Below are positions 1 through 10,310 of a DNA stretch of 64,000 nt, in pieces. Within the stretch, counting starts at the first letter, position 1, and each line of letters begins with the position of its first letter. The DNA comes from an uncultured Candidatus Saccharibacteria bacterium (GTDB taxonomy: Bacteria > Patescibacteriota > Minisyncoccia > Phycocordibacterales > PALSA-1337): contig CAYQFS010000001.1 of NCBI GenBank assembly GCA_964416985.1, forward strand, positions 153,365-217,364, given 5' to 3'. Both the position numbers and the translations under genes were made by a program. The notes beneath the pieces were generated by a model. That model saw only the letters and a program-made list of their open reading frames with translations. It made no database searches and was not told the origin of the DNA.

Positions 1-546
1 ATGATTGAAAGAGTAGAGAATAACCCGGGGCCGCTCCTTGAAAAAACTGTGAAAATAAAAGAGGGGAGTAATGGAATGCCACCAAATTTTTATCTCTCAG
101 AAGACGACAACATTATTTTGTGCGGAAAAATAGACTGGCTCATTTACAAACCTGAAGATGACAGCGTCCATATTCTTGATTTTAAAACGGGAAAAAATGA
201 GGAGAAAGAGGATTCGCTTCAGCTTCCTATCTATTCATTACTCCTCAAAAATCTTCAGAAAAGAAAAGTAACCGGAGCGAGCTATTGGTATCTTGATCGT
301 GATGATGCACCGATCGAGGTTGGATTGCCCAATGAAGAAGAGGCTTTTGAGAGGGTTTCAGTAGTTGCTCAGCAGGTAAAGGCAGCGCGAGACCGTGCAG
401 CTCTCGAAGGTAATGAAAAAGTCTTTAGGTGTCCCCGAGGAGAAGCGGGCTGCTTTGCCTGTATTCCTTTTGAAAAAATTATCAAGGGAGAAGCGATATA
501 TGTTGGCGTAGGGGAAATGAGGCAGGATGTTTACATGATTCCTTAG
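1..546 (+). CDS. PD-(D/E)XK nuclease family protein, C-terminal fragment (RecB/Cas4-like fold; truncated at window start)
   Basis: 'ILDFKTGK' matches the D-x-K catalytic motif of RecB/Cas4-type nucleases. A C-terminal Cys triad CPRGEAGCFAC (C-x6-C-x2-C) is typical of Fe-S nuclease domains. The ORF is open to coordinate 1. Confidence 0.55.
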   Translation: MIERVENNPGPLLEKTVKIKEGSNGMPPNFYLSEDDNIILCGKIDWLIYKPEDDSVHILDFKTGKNEEKEDSLQLPIYSLLLKNLQKRKVTGASYWYLDRDDAPIEVGLPNEEEAFERVSVVAQQVKAARDRAALEGNEKVFRCPRGEAGCFACIPFEKIIKGEAIYVGVGEMRQDVYMIP

Positions 547-556
547 CGGGGTAGTT

Positions 557-1501
557 TTATTTGAAAGGAAAAGCAATGGTAAATGTGCTTCCTTTTCCTA
601 TTTCGCTTGTGACAGCAATAGTTCCCTTGAGATCATTTTCAACAATTGATTTTACGGTAGAAAGTCCAATGCCAGTTCCACGATCGGGAGGTTTTGTCGT
701 AAAAAACGGATTAAATATTTTTTCAATGTGAGAAGGGGAGATGCCACTGCCATTATCTTGTGCGACAAATATGATTGAGTAATCCTCTTTTAAAAGTGAG
801 AGATGTAGTATTTTTTGCTTAGAGTATTTTTCATCAAATGAATCAAGAGCGTTTGATATGAGGTTTGAAAAGACCTGGCGTAGCTTGATCGGATCGCCAT
901 GGTACATGACAGTAAGAGAAATATCGGTTGTGATAGTAACAGCCTCTGTCTTTGAACGAAATGAGAATAGCTCGATTACGTTTTTGAGTTCTTCTCCCGG
1001 GTTAAATTCATGGTCGGCCTGTTCTTTTTGCATACTTGTACGGATATTTTGTATATATGCGGCCATTCGTTTTGATGCATCAATAGCTTTCTCAAGATTT
1101 TTGTGGACGACACCTGCTTCAGCCGAAGCTGTTTTTAATTTTTCTGTGTGGAGGATAACAGATGTGAGTGGTGTCATAAGATCATGAAAGAGTCCTTGCG
1201 AGAGTCTTCCAAATTCTGCCACCTTCGCAAGCTCGTTCATTCTTTCAGTTCGGAACTGTTTCATTTCCTCGGTCTGTTCTTCAAGCTTACCAATGAGCAC
1301 CGCCTTTTCTTTTTCAAGGTCCTTTTCAGCATTCTTCATCTTATTTAAAGAGATTTTTATCTCTTTGTGTGAAAGGAGAAAAAGAGTAATGACGAGTACG
1401 ATTATAAGACCGATAATGACGAAGTCGAGAATCATAACATGTTTGTTGTAGCAAAATGCCCCATGAAGCGATAGGAGGATGATCCAGGCGCCCGTACCCA
1501 C
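557..1501 (-). CDS. sensor histidine kinase (HisKA + HATPase_c), single TM; N-terminus possibly continues in another frame up to 1647
   Basis: H-box 'HDLMTPLTSV'. N/G boxes 'DNGSGISPSHIEKIFNPFFTTK' and 'GTGIGLSTVKSIVE'. Lies directly downstream of the response regulator gene. Confidence 0.85.
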   Translation of the reverse strand: MGTGAWIILLSLHGAFCYNKHVMILDFVIIGLIIVLVITLFLLSHKEIKISLNKMKNAEKDLEKEKAVLIGKLEEQTEEMKQFRTERMNELAKVAEFGRLSQGLFHDLMTPLTSVILHTEKLKTASAEAGVVHKNLEKAIDASKRMAAYIQNIRTSMQKEQADHEFNPGEELKNVIELFSFRSKTEAVTITTDISLTVMYHGDPIKLRQVFSNLISNALDSFDEKYSKQKILHLSLLKEDYSIIFVAQDNGSGISPSHIEKIFNPFFTTKPPDRGTGIGLSTVKSIVENDLKGTIAVTSEIGKGSTFTIAFPFK

Positions 1502-1649
1502 GGAGGCAGGATCTTCTCTCGAATATCTTCACGAAGGCATTTTAAAGTGTCCACTTTTGCATCAATGTCGACCCATTGATTGAGATGAGTATACACACCC
1601 GAGATAAAATTCTGATAAAAAAGTTCTAAAGAAAAGTTAAAATCCATAG

Positions 1650-2318
1650 TTACAACTCAATTATGTAGCCTCGTCCAGGGATATTTCTAATGAGTTCACG
1701 CTTGTTGCCTGCATTCACTTTTTTTCGGAGATTTAGAATGTGTGCTTCTACGGTGTTTGAGAAGGGGTCACTTTCAGCATTCCAGACATGTTCCATTATC
1801 ATGCTTCTTGATAGGATAACACCTTGGTTCCTCATAAGATATTCGAGAAGGTTGTATTCTTTGCGGGTAAGATATATTGGGACACCATTTCTGAAAGCGC
1901 ATTGTCGTTCGATGTTGATACTTAATTCACCGATTGTGATTGTTGAATTCTCTATTTTCTTAGGGCGTCGCATGACTGCTTTGATACGTGCTTTGAGTTC
2001 ATCAAAGGAAAATGGTTTTGTTATGTAGTCATCAGCCCCCTTTTCAAGAGCTGCAATCTTTATCTTACTATCTCCTGTTACTGAGAGGAAAATAATGGGG
2101 ATTGTTGAGCCATAAGCTCTAATTTCACTACAGACCGTGAGACCATCCTTAGTGGGAAGGGAATAATCGAGAATAATAAGGTCGTATGTATTTGTCCTCG
2201 CCTCATATGATCCTTTTGCACCATCAGCCACCACATCGACTATATATCCTTCATCCATGAGGCTTTCACTCAGGTATTCAGATATATGAGGGTCATCCTC
2301 GATCACTATGATTTTCAT
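1650..2318 (-). CDS. OmpR/PhoB-family response regulator (REC + winged-helix)
   Basis: N-terminus 'MKIIVIEDDPHISEYL'. Conserved Asp/Lys of the receiver domain. C-terminal winged helix 'LTRKEYNLLEYLMRNQGVILSRSMI...GRGY'. Confidence 0.9.
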   Translation of the reverse strand: MKIIVIEDDPHISEYLSESLMDEGYIVDVVADGAKGSYEARTNTYDLIILDYSLPTKDGLTVCSEIRAYGSTIPIIFLSVTGDSKIKIAALEKGADDYITKPFSFDELKARIKAVMRRPKKIENSTITIGELSINIERQCAFRNGVPIYLTRKEYNLLEYLMRNQGVILSRSMIMEHVWNAESDPFSNTVEAHILNLRKKVNAGNKRELIRNIPGRGYIIEL

Positions 2319-2380
2319 GGGTCAATTATACTGGAATATCGAATAACGCAAGGGTTTTTGAGGGGAAATCTATCACAAAA

Positions 2381-2398
2381 ACTTTATCAAAACTTTAT
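2381..2398 (+). promoter_or_regulatory. Direct repeat ACTTTAT-N4-ACTTTAT (putative OmpR-family box), copy A, in the divergent RR/DedA-PAP2 intergenic region
   Basis: Two ACTTTAT heptamers at 11-bp periodicity inside a ~55-nt element that recurs at 6721-6770 and 25925-25985. Confidence 0.45.
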
Positions 2399-2440
2399 TA
2401 TTTTTTAGGTATTTCTTGATCATCAATATGGTATACTATA

Positions 2441-3721
2441 GTGTTATATCATATGCCACATACTATTCTCAATTTTCTTGACAGTCTTCCATCTCTCATT
2501 GCTCAGGGAGGGTACTGGGTCATGAGTATTATTGTCATTCTTGAAGGAGCACCTATTGTAGGATCCCTTCTTCCGGGTCATATTGCAATCGTTGCTGCTG
2601 GTTTTCTTGCCAAGATGGGGATTCTCAATGTCTGGTTTGTCATCATTGTTGGATCGATCTCAGCTATCATTGGCGATATGATTGGTTTCTTTGCTGGGAG
2701 GAAATATGGCTATCCTCTACTTTCAAAATTTGCAAAGTACATTTTTATAAAAGAAATTCATATCGAGAAAGCCAAGAAGCTTATTGGTGCTCATACAGGA
2801 AAATCTCTTATTATTGGAAAATTCAGTCCAGTGACTCGTCCGCTCACTCCATTTCTCGTCGGTGCAAGTAATGCTAATTTCAAGACATTCTGTTTTTATA
2901 ACATTGTGAGTGCGATCATCTGGATAACAGCTTCTGTAATGGTCGGATATGTTTTTGGAGCGAGTTACTCTGCTGCATCACATGTTCTTGGAAAATGGAT
3001 TGGAGTTGCCTTCATCATAACTATTCTCACAATTTGGGGATACCATTTTGCAAACAAGCGGTTCCATATCTTTAAGCGGTACGAGCTTTTTGTTCTCATT
3101 TTGAATCTCCTTGCTCTTTGGGGTCTCGCAAAAACAGTCCAAGATGCATTTTCCCTGAGGCCATTCCTTATAAATTTTGATGAATGGGTGAGTGCTTTTA
3201 TGCTCAGCCACGTTTCCCCAATATTTACTTCATTCGCTCTTCTCATCACACATCTTGGTAGCACCGAGGTGACCATTTCTCTTGGGATAATTATCGGAAT
3301 TGCTTTTCTCATCAAAAAGAAATGGAGAAGGGGAGCAATTATGCTTATGTCAGTCCTCTCGACAAGTGTTGCAGTTGTTTTTATAAAGGGAATTGTTGAA
3401 CGTGCACGTCCTGAAAATGCAGTAACCTTGTACGGTCTCGTTGATCCAAGCTTTCCAAGCGGTCACGCCGCTCTAGCCGCTGCATTTTTTGTGGCTTTAG
3501 CGTATATCCTTGCTCCACACATCAGTTCGTGGGTCAAAAGAGAATTGGTAATCGTTTTCTGTGTTCTCGCTGCCCTTGGCGTGGGGCTCAGTCGAATTGT
3601 CCTTAATGTTCATTGGGCATCAGATGTCATTGCTGGTTGGTGTCTCGGGGTCTTTCTTGCGACACTCTCAGTGCTTCTTGTGAGGTATGTTGGGTTTTTA
3701 TTTCTTAGCGAGGATAAGTGA
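2441..3721 (+). CDS. DedA/SNARE-associated membrane domain fused to a PAP2 (type-2 phosphatidic acid phosphatase/undecaprenyl-PP phosphatase-like) domain
   Basis: The N-terminal ~200 aa are polytopic with DedA-like glycine-rich helices ('GYWVMSIIVILEGAPIVGSLLPG'). The C-terminus carries PAP2 motifs 'KGIVERARP', 'PSGHA' and 'SRIVLNVHWASDVIAGW'. Confidence 0.75.
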   Translation: MLYHMPHTILNFLDSLPSLIAQGGYWVMSIIVILEGAPIVGSLLPGHIAIVAAGFLAKMGILNVWFVIIVGSISAIIGDMIGFFAGRKYGYPLLSKFAKYIFIKEIHIEKAKKLIGAHTGKSLIIGKFSPVTRPLTPFLVGASNANFKTFCFYNIVSAIIWITASVMVGYVFGASYSAASHVLGKWIGVAFIITILTIWGYHFANKRFHIFKRYELFVLILNLLALWGLAKTVQDAFSLRPFLINFDEWVSAFMLSHVSPIFTSFALLITHLGSTEVTISLGIIIGIAFLIKKKWRRGAIMLMSVLSTSVAVVFIKGIVERARPENAVTLYGLVDPSFPSGHAALAAAFFVALAYILAPHISSWVKRELVIVFCVLAALGVGLSRIVLNVHWASDVIAGWCLGVFLATLSVLLVRYVGFLFLSEDK

Positions 3722-5230
3722 TCGGCCGGTCATTTCCTTTACTTCGGGTAAATTGAGAAGATCGAGAACTGTAGGGGCAAGATCTGCAAGCCCACCTTCT
3801 CGTAATGTATAGTCTTTACTAGTTAGTATACAAGGGACTGGGTTGGTCGTGTGCGCTGTGTGTTTCTCACCTGATATTGGATCGATATTTACTTCTGCAT
3901 TTCCGTGATCTGCTGTGATGATGGCAATGCCACCTTTCTTTTCGAGAGCTTCAATTACTCGCTGTAGTTGTGTGTCAACAGTCTCTACAGCAGTGATGAT
4001 TGCTGGAACATTTGCTGTGTGTCCAACCATGTCTGCATTAGCAAAATTAATGAAAATGAAATCAATTCCTTTTTCAATTTCCTCGAGAGCTTTGTCAGCG
4101 ATTTCTTTTGCTCTCATTTCAGGTGCTTCATCGTGGGTTTTTATGTCTTTGTGACTCGCCACCATAATATGACGTTCACCTGTTTGAGGTTTTTCTCTTC
4201 CTGAATTAAGAAAGTAAGTAGCATGGGGGAACTTTTCAGTCTCAGCGATTCTACTCTGTAAGAGTCCAGCTTTTGAGATTTCTCCTCCTAGGGTTTTGTC
4301 TACAGTAACAGGAGGGAAGGCGACGTGTGAATTATATTCGCGTGCGTATTCGGTTAGAGTTACAACGTAGAGATTTTCAGTTTTTTGTTTCTCAAGAAGT
4401 TTTTGAGTAATCATTCGGGCTCGGTCAGCTCTGAAATTAAAGAAAAATACCCCGTCATTTTTTTCGAACGCACATCCTTTTCCATCAAGATTTGCACAGA
4501 CGGTAGGTTCGAGTAATTCATCATTTTTTCCAAGCTTGTACTGTTCTTCGAGGTATGATGAAGGTCGTATTTCGCAGACATTTCCCTTACACTCGAACAT
4601 TGCTTTTTCGGTTCTTGCAAGACGATCCCAGTTGTTATCTCGATCCATGGCATAGTAGCGCCCAGAAATCGTTGCAATAAAGAATTCCGGACCGAGCTCT
4701 TCGATGAGTGCTTCAAGTTCCTTGATATATTTTGATGCACTCTGTGGAGGTGTATCGCGTCCATCGGTAAAGATATGAATTGCAACCTTCTTCATTCCTT
4801 GAGCCTTTGCCTCTCTGAGAAAAGCGAAAAGGTGATTTTGATGGCTGTGTACGCCTCCAATGCTAAGAAGACCTTGCACATGCAAGGTTGAGTTATTTTT
4901 TCGGACATGGTCGAAGAGAGCCACAAAAGCAGGGTTGGTATGGAGAGCTCCTTCGGCGATTGCCTTGTCGATACGTACTAGGTCGGTATCTACAGGTTTT
5001 CCTGCACCTATTGTGGTGTGCCCAACTTCACTGTTTCCCATTTGTCCTTCAGGAAGCCCAACCGCGTTTCCAGATGCCTTAAGGAGAGAATGGGGATATT
5101 TCTCCCAGATTGAATTGAAAAATGGAGTTCTAGCGGCAGCAATAGCGTTATCTTTTTTTTCAACTCGATACCCCCAGCCATCAAGGACAATTAGCATTAC
5201 TGGCTTCTTCACGATCTTTGGTTTATTCAT
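3698..5230 (-). CDS. gpmI: 2,3-bisphosphoglycerate-independent phosphoglycerate mutase
   Basis: 'VMLIVLDGWGY' Mn-binding N-terminus and full-length iPGM architecture (~510 aa). The likely start is the internal Met of MNKPKIV. Confidence 0.9.
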   Translation of the reverse strand: MNKPKIVKKPVMLIVLDGWGYRVEKKDNAIAAARTPFFNSIWEKYPHSLLKASGNAVGLPEGQMGNSEVGHTTIGAGKPVDTDLVRIDKAIAEGALHTNPAFVALFDHVRKNNSTLHVQGLLSIGGVHSHQNHLFAFLREAKAQGMKKVAIHIFTDGRDTPPQSASKYIKELEALIEELGPEFFIATISGRYYAMDRDNNWDRLARTEKAMFECKGNVCEIRPSSYLEEQYKLGKNDELLEPTVCANLDGKGCAFEKNDGVFFFNFRADRARMITQKLLEKQKTENLYVVTLTEYAREYNSHVAFPPVTVDKTLGGEISKAGLLQSRIAETEKFPHATYFLNSGREKPQTGERHIMVASHKDIKTHDEAPEMRAKEIADKALEEIEKGIDFIFINFANADMVGHTANVPAIITAVETVDTQLQRVIEALEKKGGIAIITADHGNAEVNIDPISGEKHTAHTTNPVPCILTSKDYTLREGGLADLAPTVLDLLNLPEVKEMTGRSLILAKK

Positions 5231-5361
5231 ATGTCGCCCCATTCTAACCTTTTTTTGCTTTAATTTCTAATATGATCTAATGCCATAACACAAATGTGGA
5301 AATACTGTTGATAACTTGTTCGTAACTGGTGTTTTTATGTGGATAATGTGTTGGTTTCGGA

Positions 5362-6669
<1,308 letters not shown>

Positions 6670-6735
6670 TTATATATGAATTTAAAAGGGAAGACAAACC
6701 ATACATTTTTCTCACGGAACTCTTGACAAAACGCG

Positions 6736-6753
6736 ACTTTATCAAAACTTTAT
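6736..6753 (+). promoter_or_regulatory. Direct repeat ACTTTAT-N4-ACTTTAT, copy B, preceded by TTGACA at 6723-6728
   Basis: Near-identical to copies at 2381 and 25941 ('cttgacaaaaYgcgactttatcaaaactttattta'). Confidence 0.45.
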
Positions 6754-6799
6754 TTAAATTTTATCAGGATTTTATCTCGATCTGATATGGTTGGGTCTG

Positions 6800-6868
6800 G
6801 CCGGAGGCTTGGCGCGGGATGAGACTTAGTAATCTATATCCTAAGGGTTCGAATCCCTTCTTCGGCTA
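6800..6868 (+). ncRNA. tRNA-like element (non-canonical, too short for a standard cloverleaf)
   Basis: Perfect T-arm 'AAGGG-TTCGAAT-CCCTT'. A 7-bp acceptor pairing GCCGGAG/CTTCGGC (one G-U). Only ~36 nt remain for the D and anticodon arms. Confidence 0.3.
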
Positions 6869-7051
6869 AGATTAAATAAAGGAAAGAGTTGACTTTTTAA
6901 ATAGTCTCGCTATACTTATTCCATACTAAGTCTGGTCTTACGAGAAATCGTAATAGCGCCAAAGCAGGATGTAGATGAGAAAGCTGCCCCCAAAGGGGTG
7001 GTTTTCTTTTGTTTTATTGCCATTCTTTCATTTTTACCCCATACTCATTAC

Positions 7052-7825
7052 ATGAACGACAAAAAAGACACCTCATGGGGCAAGGTAGCGGGCTGGTACG
7101 ATGAAATGCTCGAAAATAAGGACGGGACTTATCAAAAGGAGGTCATCCTGCCAAACCTCATGCGTCTCATTAACCCTCAAAAAGGGGAGAAAATTATTGA
7201 TATTGCCTGCGGGCAGGGGTTCTTTTCCCGGGCACTTCTCGAAGCGGGAGCGCAAGTTACTGGTACTGACATTGCAAAGGAACTCATTGGTCTCGCAAAG
7301 ATGCATTCTCCGCAATCAATTACTTTTGAAGTTGCACCTGCAGATGTTCTCAACTTTGCAAAAGACGCAACATACGACAAGGCACTTATTGTCCTTGCTC
7401 TCCAAAACATAGAAAACCTTCAGGGAGCTCTCCGCGAAGCATATCGGGTTTTGAAACCTGGTGGAACTTTTTATATTGTTTTAAATCATCCTGCATTTCG
7501 AATTCCAAAAAGCTCAAGTTGGAACTGGGACCACGAAACTCATCGACAGTACCGAAGAATCGATTCATACATGTCAGATGCACGAGAAAGAATTGAAATG
7601 AATCCAGGCGCTCAGAAAGTAGGTGAAAAGAGATTTACCATTTCGTTCCATCGACCTCTCCAACTCTATTTCAAAATGCTCAACAAGGCAGGATTTCTCA
7701 TGGGTCGTGTTGAAGAATGGGTTTCTCACAAGAAGAGCAATCCGGGACCGCGCCAGGCAGAGGAAGATCGAATCCGAAAGGAGATACCAATGTTCTTGTT
7801 TATCGAGGCGAAGAAAATGGTATAA
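7052..7825 (+). CDS. class I SAM-dependent methyltransferase
   Basis: Motif I 'IIDIACGQGFFSRALLEAGAQVTGTDI' and post-I acidic residue. The ORF opens at 6998; the likely start is MNDKKD. Confidence 0.75.
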   Translation: MNDKKDTSWGKVAGWYDEMLENKDGTYQKEVILPNLMRLINPQKGEKIIDIACGQGFFSRALLEAGAQVTGTDIAKELIGLAKMHSPQSITFEVAPADVLNFAKDATYDKALIVLALQNIENLQGALREAYRVLKPGGTFYIVLNHPAFRIPKSSSWNWDHETHRQYRRIDSYMSDARERIEMNPGAQKVGEKRFTISFHRPLQLYFKMLNKAGFLMGRVEEWVSHKKSNPGPRQAEEDRIRKEIPMFLFIEAKKMV

Positions 7826-7832
7826 TTTACTC

Positions 7833-8081
7833 ATGAACATAATCCTCTACACAAAATCTGGTTGCCCGTGGTGCAAGGGGGTCCTTGATCTATTTAAAGA
7901 GAAAAAAGTAAAGTTTGAAGAAAGAGAAGTTTTGAGTAACCCAGTATTTTTCGAAGAATTAAGAAAGAAATCAGGACAAGAAAAAACTCCGACACTTGAT
8001 ATTGATGGAGAAATTTTGGCTGACTCAGATCGCGAGGTAGTGGAGAAATATCTAAAAGAGAAGAAATATCTTGGATTCTAG
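7833..8081 (+). CDS. glutaredoxin-like protein (CPWC active site)
   Basis: 'MNIILYTKSGCPWCK...TPTLDIDGEIL' thioredoxin-fold Grx/NrdH-like, ~82 aa. Confidence 0.75.
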   Translation: MNIILYTKSGCPWCKGVLDLFKEKKVKFEEREVLSNPVFFEELRKKSGQEKTPTLDIDGEILADSDREVVEKYLKEKKYLGF

Positions 8082-8101
8082 TGCTAGTAAGTTAGCTTGA
8101 A

Positions 8102-9097
8102 TTATTTTAGCCACGCGGGTCTTAGTGGATGAGATGGCTTGTTCATCCTTTGGTGGACTGGGATTTGTGATGCCTGAAGAACTTTTGCCGGGTACATTAT
8201 CGCGTCTTCAATACCTTTTTCTATCGGAATGTTTGGAGTAATACCAATATCTCTTTTTATTTTTTCCATAGCATAGACGTGTGGCAATGTCGTCATTTCC
8301 CAGCCTTTCATTTCTTCCCAAACAGTACTTATATCTACGTTTTCTATTGTCAACCGAGAACCAATTTGGCGAGCAATTTCAGTATAATAATTCTTGGCTG
8401 TGATGATTTTGGGATTTACCAAATTATAAGCCTGACCAAAAGTGGTGGCATTTCCAATTATTTTACAGATTGCCGTGGCAATATCTTTTGGATGAACATA
8501 ATTAAAATTAATATTTCCACCATTGCATAGCTTGAGTGCCTCATTATTTTTTATTCTCTCGATAAGTTTTGGATCTCTGTTATGTTCAGGAATACAGCCA
8601 AGTAATGATTCGGCTCCAAGAATGTGATATGGCCGTAGTAGTGTCCAATTTACATTAGTGATTGAATGCCAAAACTTCTCTAGACTCACTTTTCCATCAA
8701 CGTAGCCACCAAATTTTCCCTTAGGAGCAAGTGGATTGTCTTCCGAAATCTTTTCCGTATTTTCTGCGGTTCGATCATATACAAGAGTAGTGCTTATGGT
8801 GATGATGTGCTGAGCACGACCTTTGAACAGGGTGTATGTATTTTCCGTACTTTTTTCGTCAAAGGCGATAATATCGATAACTGCATCCCATGCTTGATTG
8901 ATTTCAGAATTTAGCTTTTGGATTAAATCCTTGTATTCGTTTGTCGTACGATCAGCGACGTATTGTTTTACAATTGACGGAAAATTTGTTTTATCAAGAG
9001 CGATTGAGTATATGTTGTAAATATTATTTCGGATAAGTTCTGCAACCAAGGGTTTTCCTATTACTCCCGTTCCACCAATTATGAGTACATTCATCAT
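8102..9097 (-). CDS. NAD(P)-dependent epimerase/dehydratase family protein
   Basis: N-terminal Rossmann 'VLIIGGTGVIGKPLV'. SDR-like length. Confidence 0.55.
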   Translation of the reverse strand: MMNVLIIGGTGVIGKPLVAELIRNNIYNIYSIALDKTNFPSIVKQYVADRTTNEYKDLIQKLNSEINQAWDAVIDIIAFDEKSTENTYTLFKGRAQHIITISTTLVYDRTAENTEKISEDNPLAPKGKFGGYVDGKVSLEKFWHSITNVNWTLLRPYHILGAESLLGCIPEHNRDPKLIERIKNNEALKLCNGGNINFNYVHPKDIATAICKIIGNATTFGQAYNLVNPKIITAKNYYTEIARQIGSRLTIENVDISTVWEEMKGWEMTTLPHVYAMEKIKRDIGITPNIPIEKGIEDAIMYPAKVLQASQIPVHQRMNKPSHPLRPAWLK

Positions 9098-9104
9098 ATT
9101 AATT

Positions 9105-10283
9105 TTAGTTCGTATCCCTTAATCTCCAAATAGGAATCATCGCCAAGAGGCACATTATTCCAAGTGCAATAAAGAGCACGGTTATGTCTTTGGTAAATAG
9201 AAAACCTATGGTAGTAATGATCGGAGCAATAAAGTAGGCAAGAGGACGAGTGACCCGGAAGAAGCCGAGCATGTTCGAGTCATTTGGGGAGACGGTTTTA
9301 AAGAAATACGCTTCAATCATAACTTCGGCAGCAGCAGCACCGACTCGAGTCATAAAGAGAGCAAGAGCCCAGATCCAAATACTGTGTGAGGTAATTCCTG
9401 CAAGAGCAATTGTTGCAAGGCCGAGGAGTGCGAATCCAATCATCATAATTTCCTTCTCCCCATACTTTTTATCGGCAAGTTTGCCGAGAGGCCACTGAGC
9501 AATAGGGAAAGGAAGGAGCATGATGGTGAGGATGATTCCGATTTGAGTCCAATTAAATCCAATCGTCGTGTGTAAATAAATTGGGCTGTACACAACCATC
9601 CATGAATAAAAGACCTGAAGAATAATATTTATAGCAAAAAGCTTTGAATGGTCACGGCTCTTCAAGACGTGTTTGAACGTTCCAAAAAGGGAAGGATGAG
9701 TGTAGTGTGGATCTTTGAAGCGAGGGAAATTTTTGTAGACGAGATAAAGAAGGGGGAAGAGCATGTAGAGAGCGGCCACGTAGACACCTCGGTAGTCGTT
9801 TGAGTTGCCGATGATCATTGTCCCGATGAGAGGTGTGATGACCCAGGCAGTGTTCAAGGTCGTAAGATACATTCCGCGGATTCTTCCAACATTTTCCTTT
9901 TCAGAATATGTCTCAAGAAACACATCGAGGCAGAAACCGATAAGGCTCACAACCGCCATTTGTGCAATGAAAAGAGCGGCAATAGCGATTGGGTTTGTGA
10001 CAACGGTCAGTCCGTAGAAAAGGCCAATCTGGATTAAGATGAGCCAGACAGCCGTGAGGTAGTTTCCTACTTTCCGGAGAAAAGTAGGGATAAAAAGAAA
10101 GCCAAAAATGGTCAGAGCCGAGCTTATCATGTAGATGAGTCCTACATTCTCTTCTGACGTAAAAAGGGAAAGGAAGCTCGAGCTCGAGTAGGTCGGCAAG
10201 ACGGCGTGAATGGTGGCGATGAAGCCGATAACTGTAATTGTGTAGATGACCCGGCTCTTTCCGAGAGATGAATGATGAAGCAT
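9105..10283 (-). CDS. MFS transporter
   Basis: ~12 predicted TM helices and a 'GKLADKKYGEK' MFS loop-like motif. Confidence 0.7.
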   Translation of the reverse strand: MLHHSSLGKSRVIYTITVIGFIATIHAVLPTYSSSSFLSLFTSEENVGLIYMISSALTIFGFLFIPTFLRKVGNYLTAVWLILIQIGLFYGLTVVTNPIAIAALFIAQMAVVSLIGFCLDVFLETYSEKENVGRIRGMYLTTLNTAWVITPLIGTMIIGNSNDYRGVYVAALYMLFPLLYLVYKNFPRFKDPHYTHPSLFGTFKHVLKSRDHSKLFAINIILQVFYSWMVVYSPIYLHTTIGFNWTQIGIILTIMLLPFPIAQWPLGKLADKKYGEKEIMMIGFALLGLATIALAGITSHSIWIWALALFMTRVGAAAAEVMIEAYFFKTVSPNDSNMLGFFRVTRPLAYFIAPIITTIGFLFTKDITVLFIALGIMCLLAMIPIWRLRDTN

Positions 10284-10310
10284 ATACGCCCTATTATAGC
10301 GTCAAAATGC

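Noticed and set aside
7623-7832. Upstream 70 codons of the 152-aa ORF containing the glutaredoxin
   Set aside because: They overlap the methyltransferase 3' end in another frame. The Grx domain begins at the Met of MNIILYTKSGCPWC with its own spacing.
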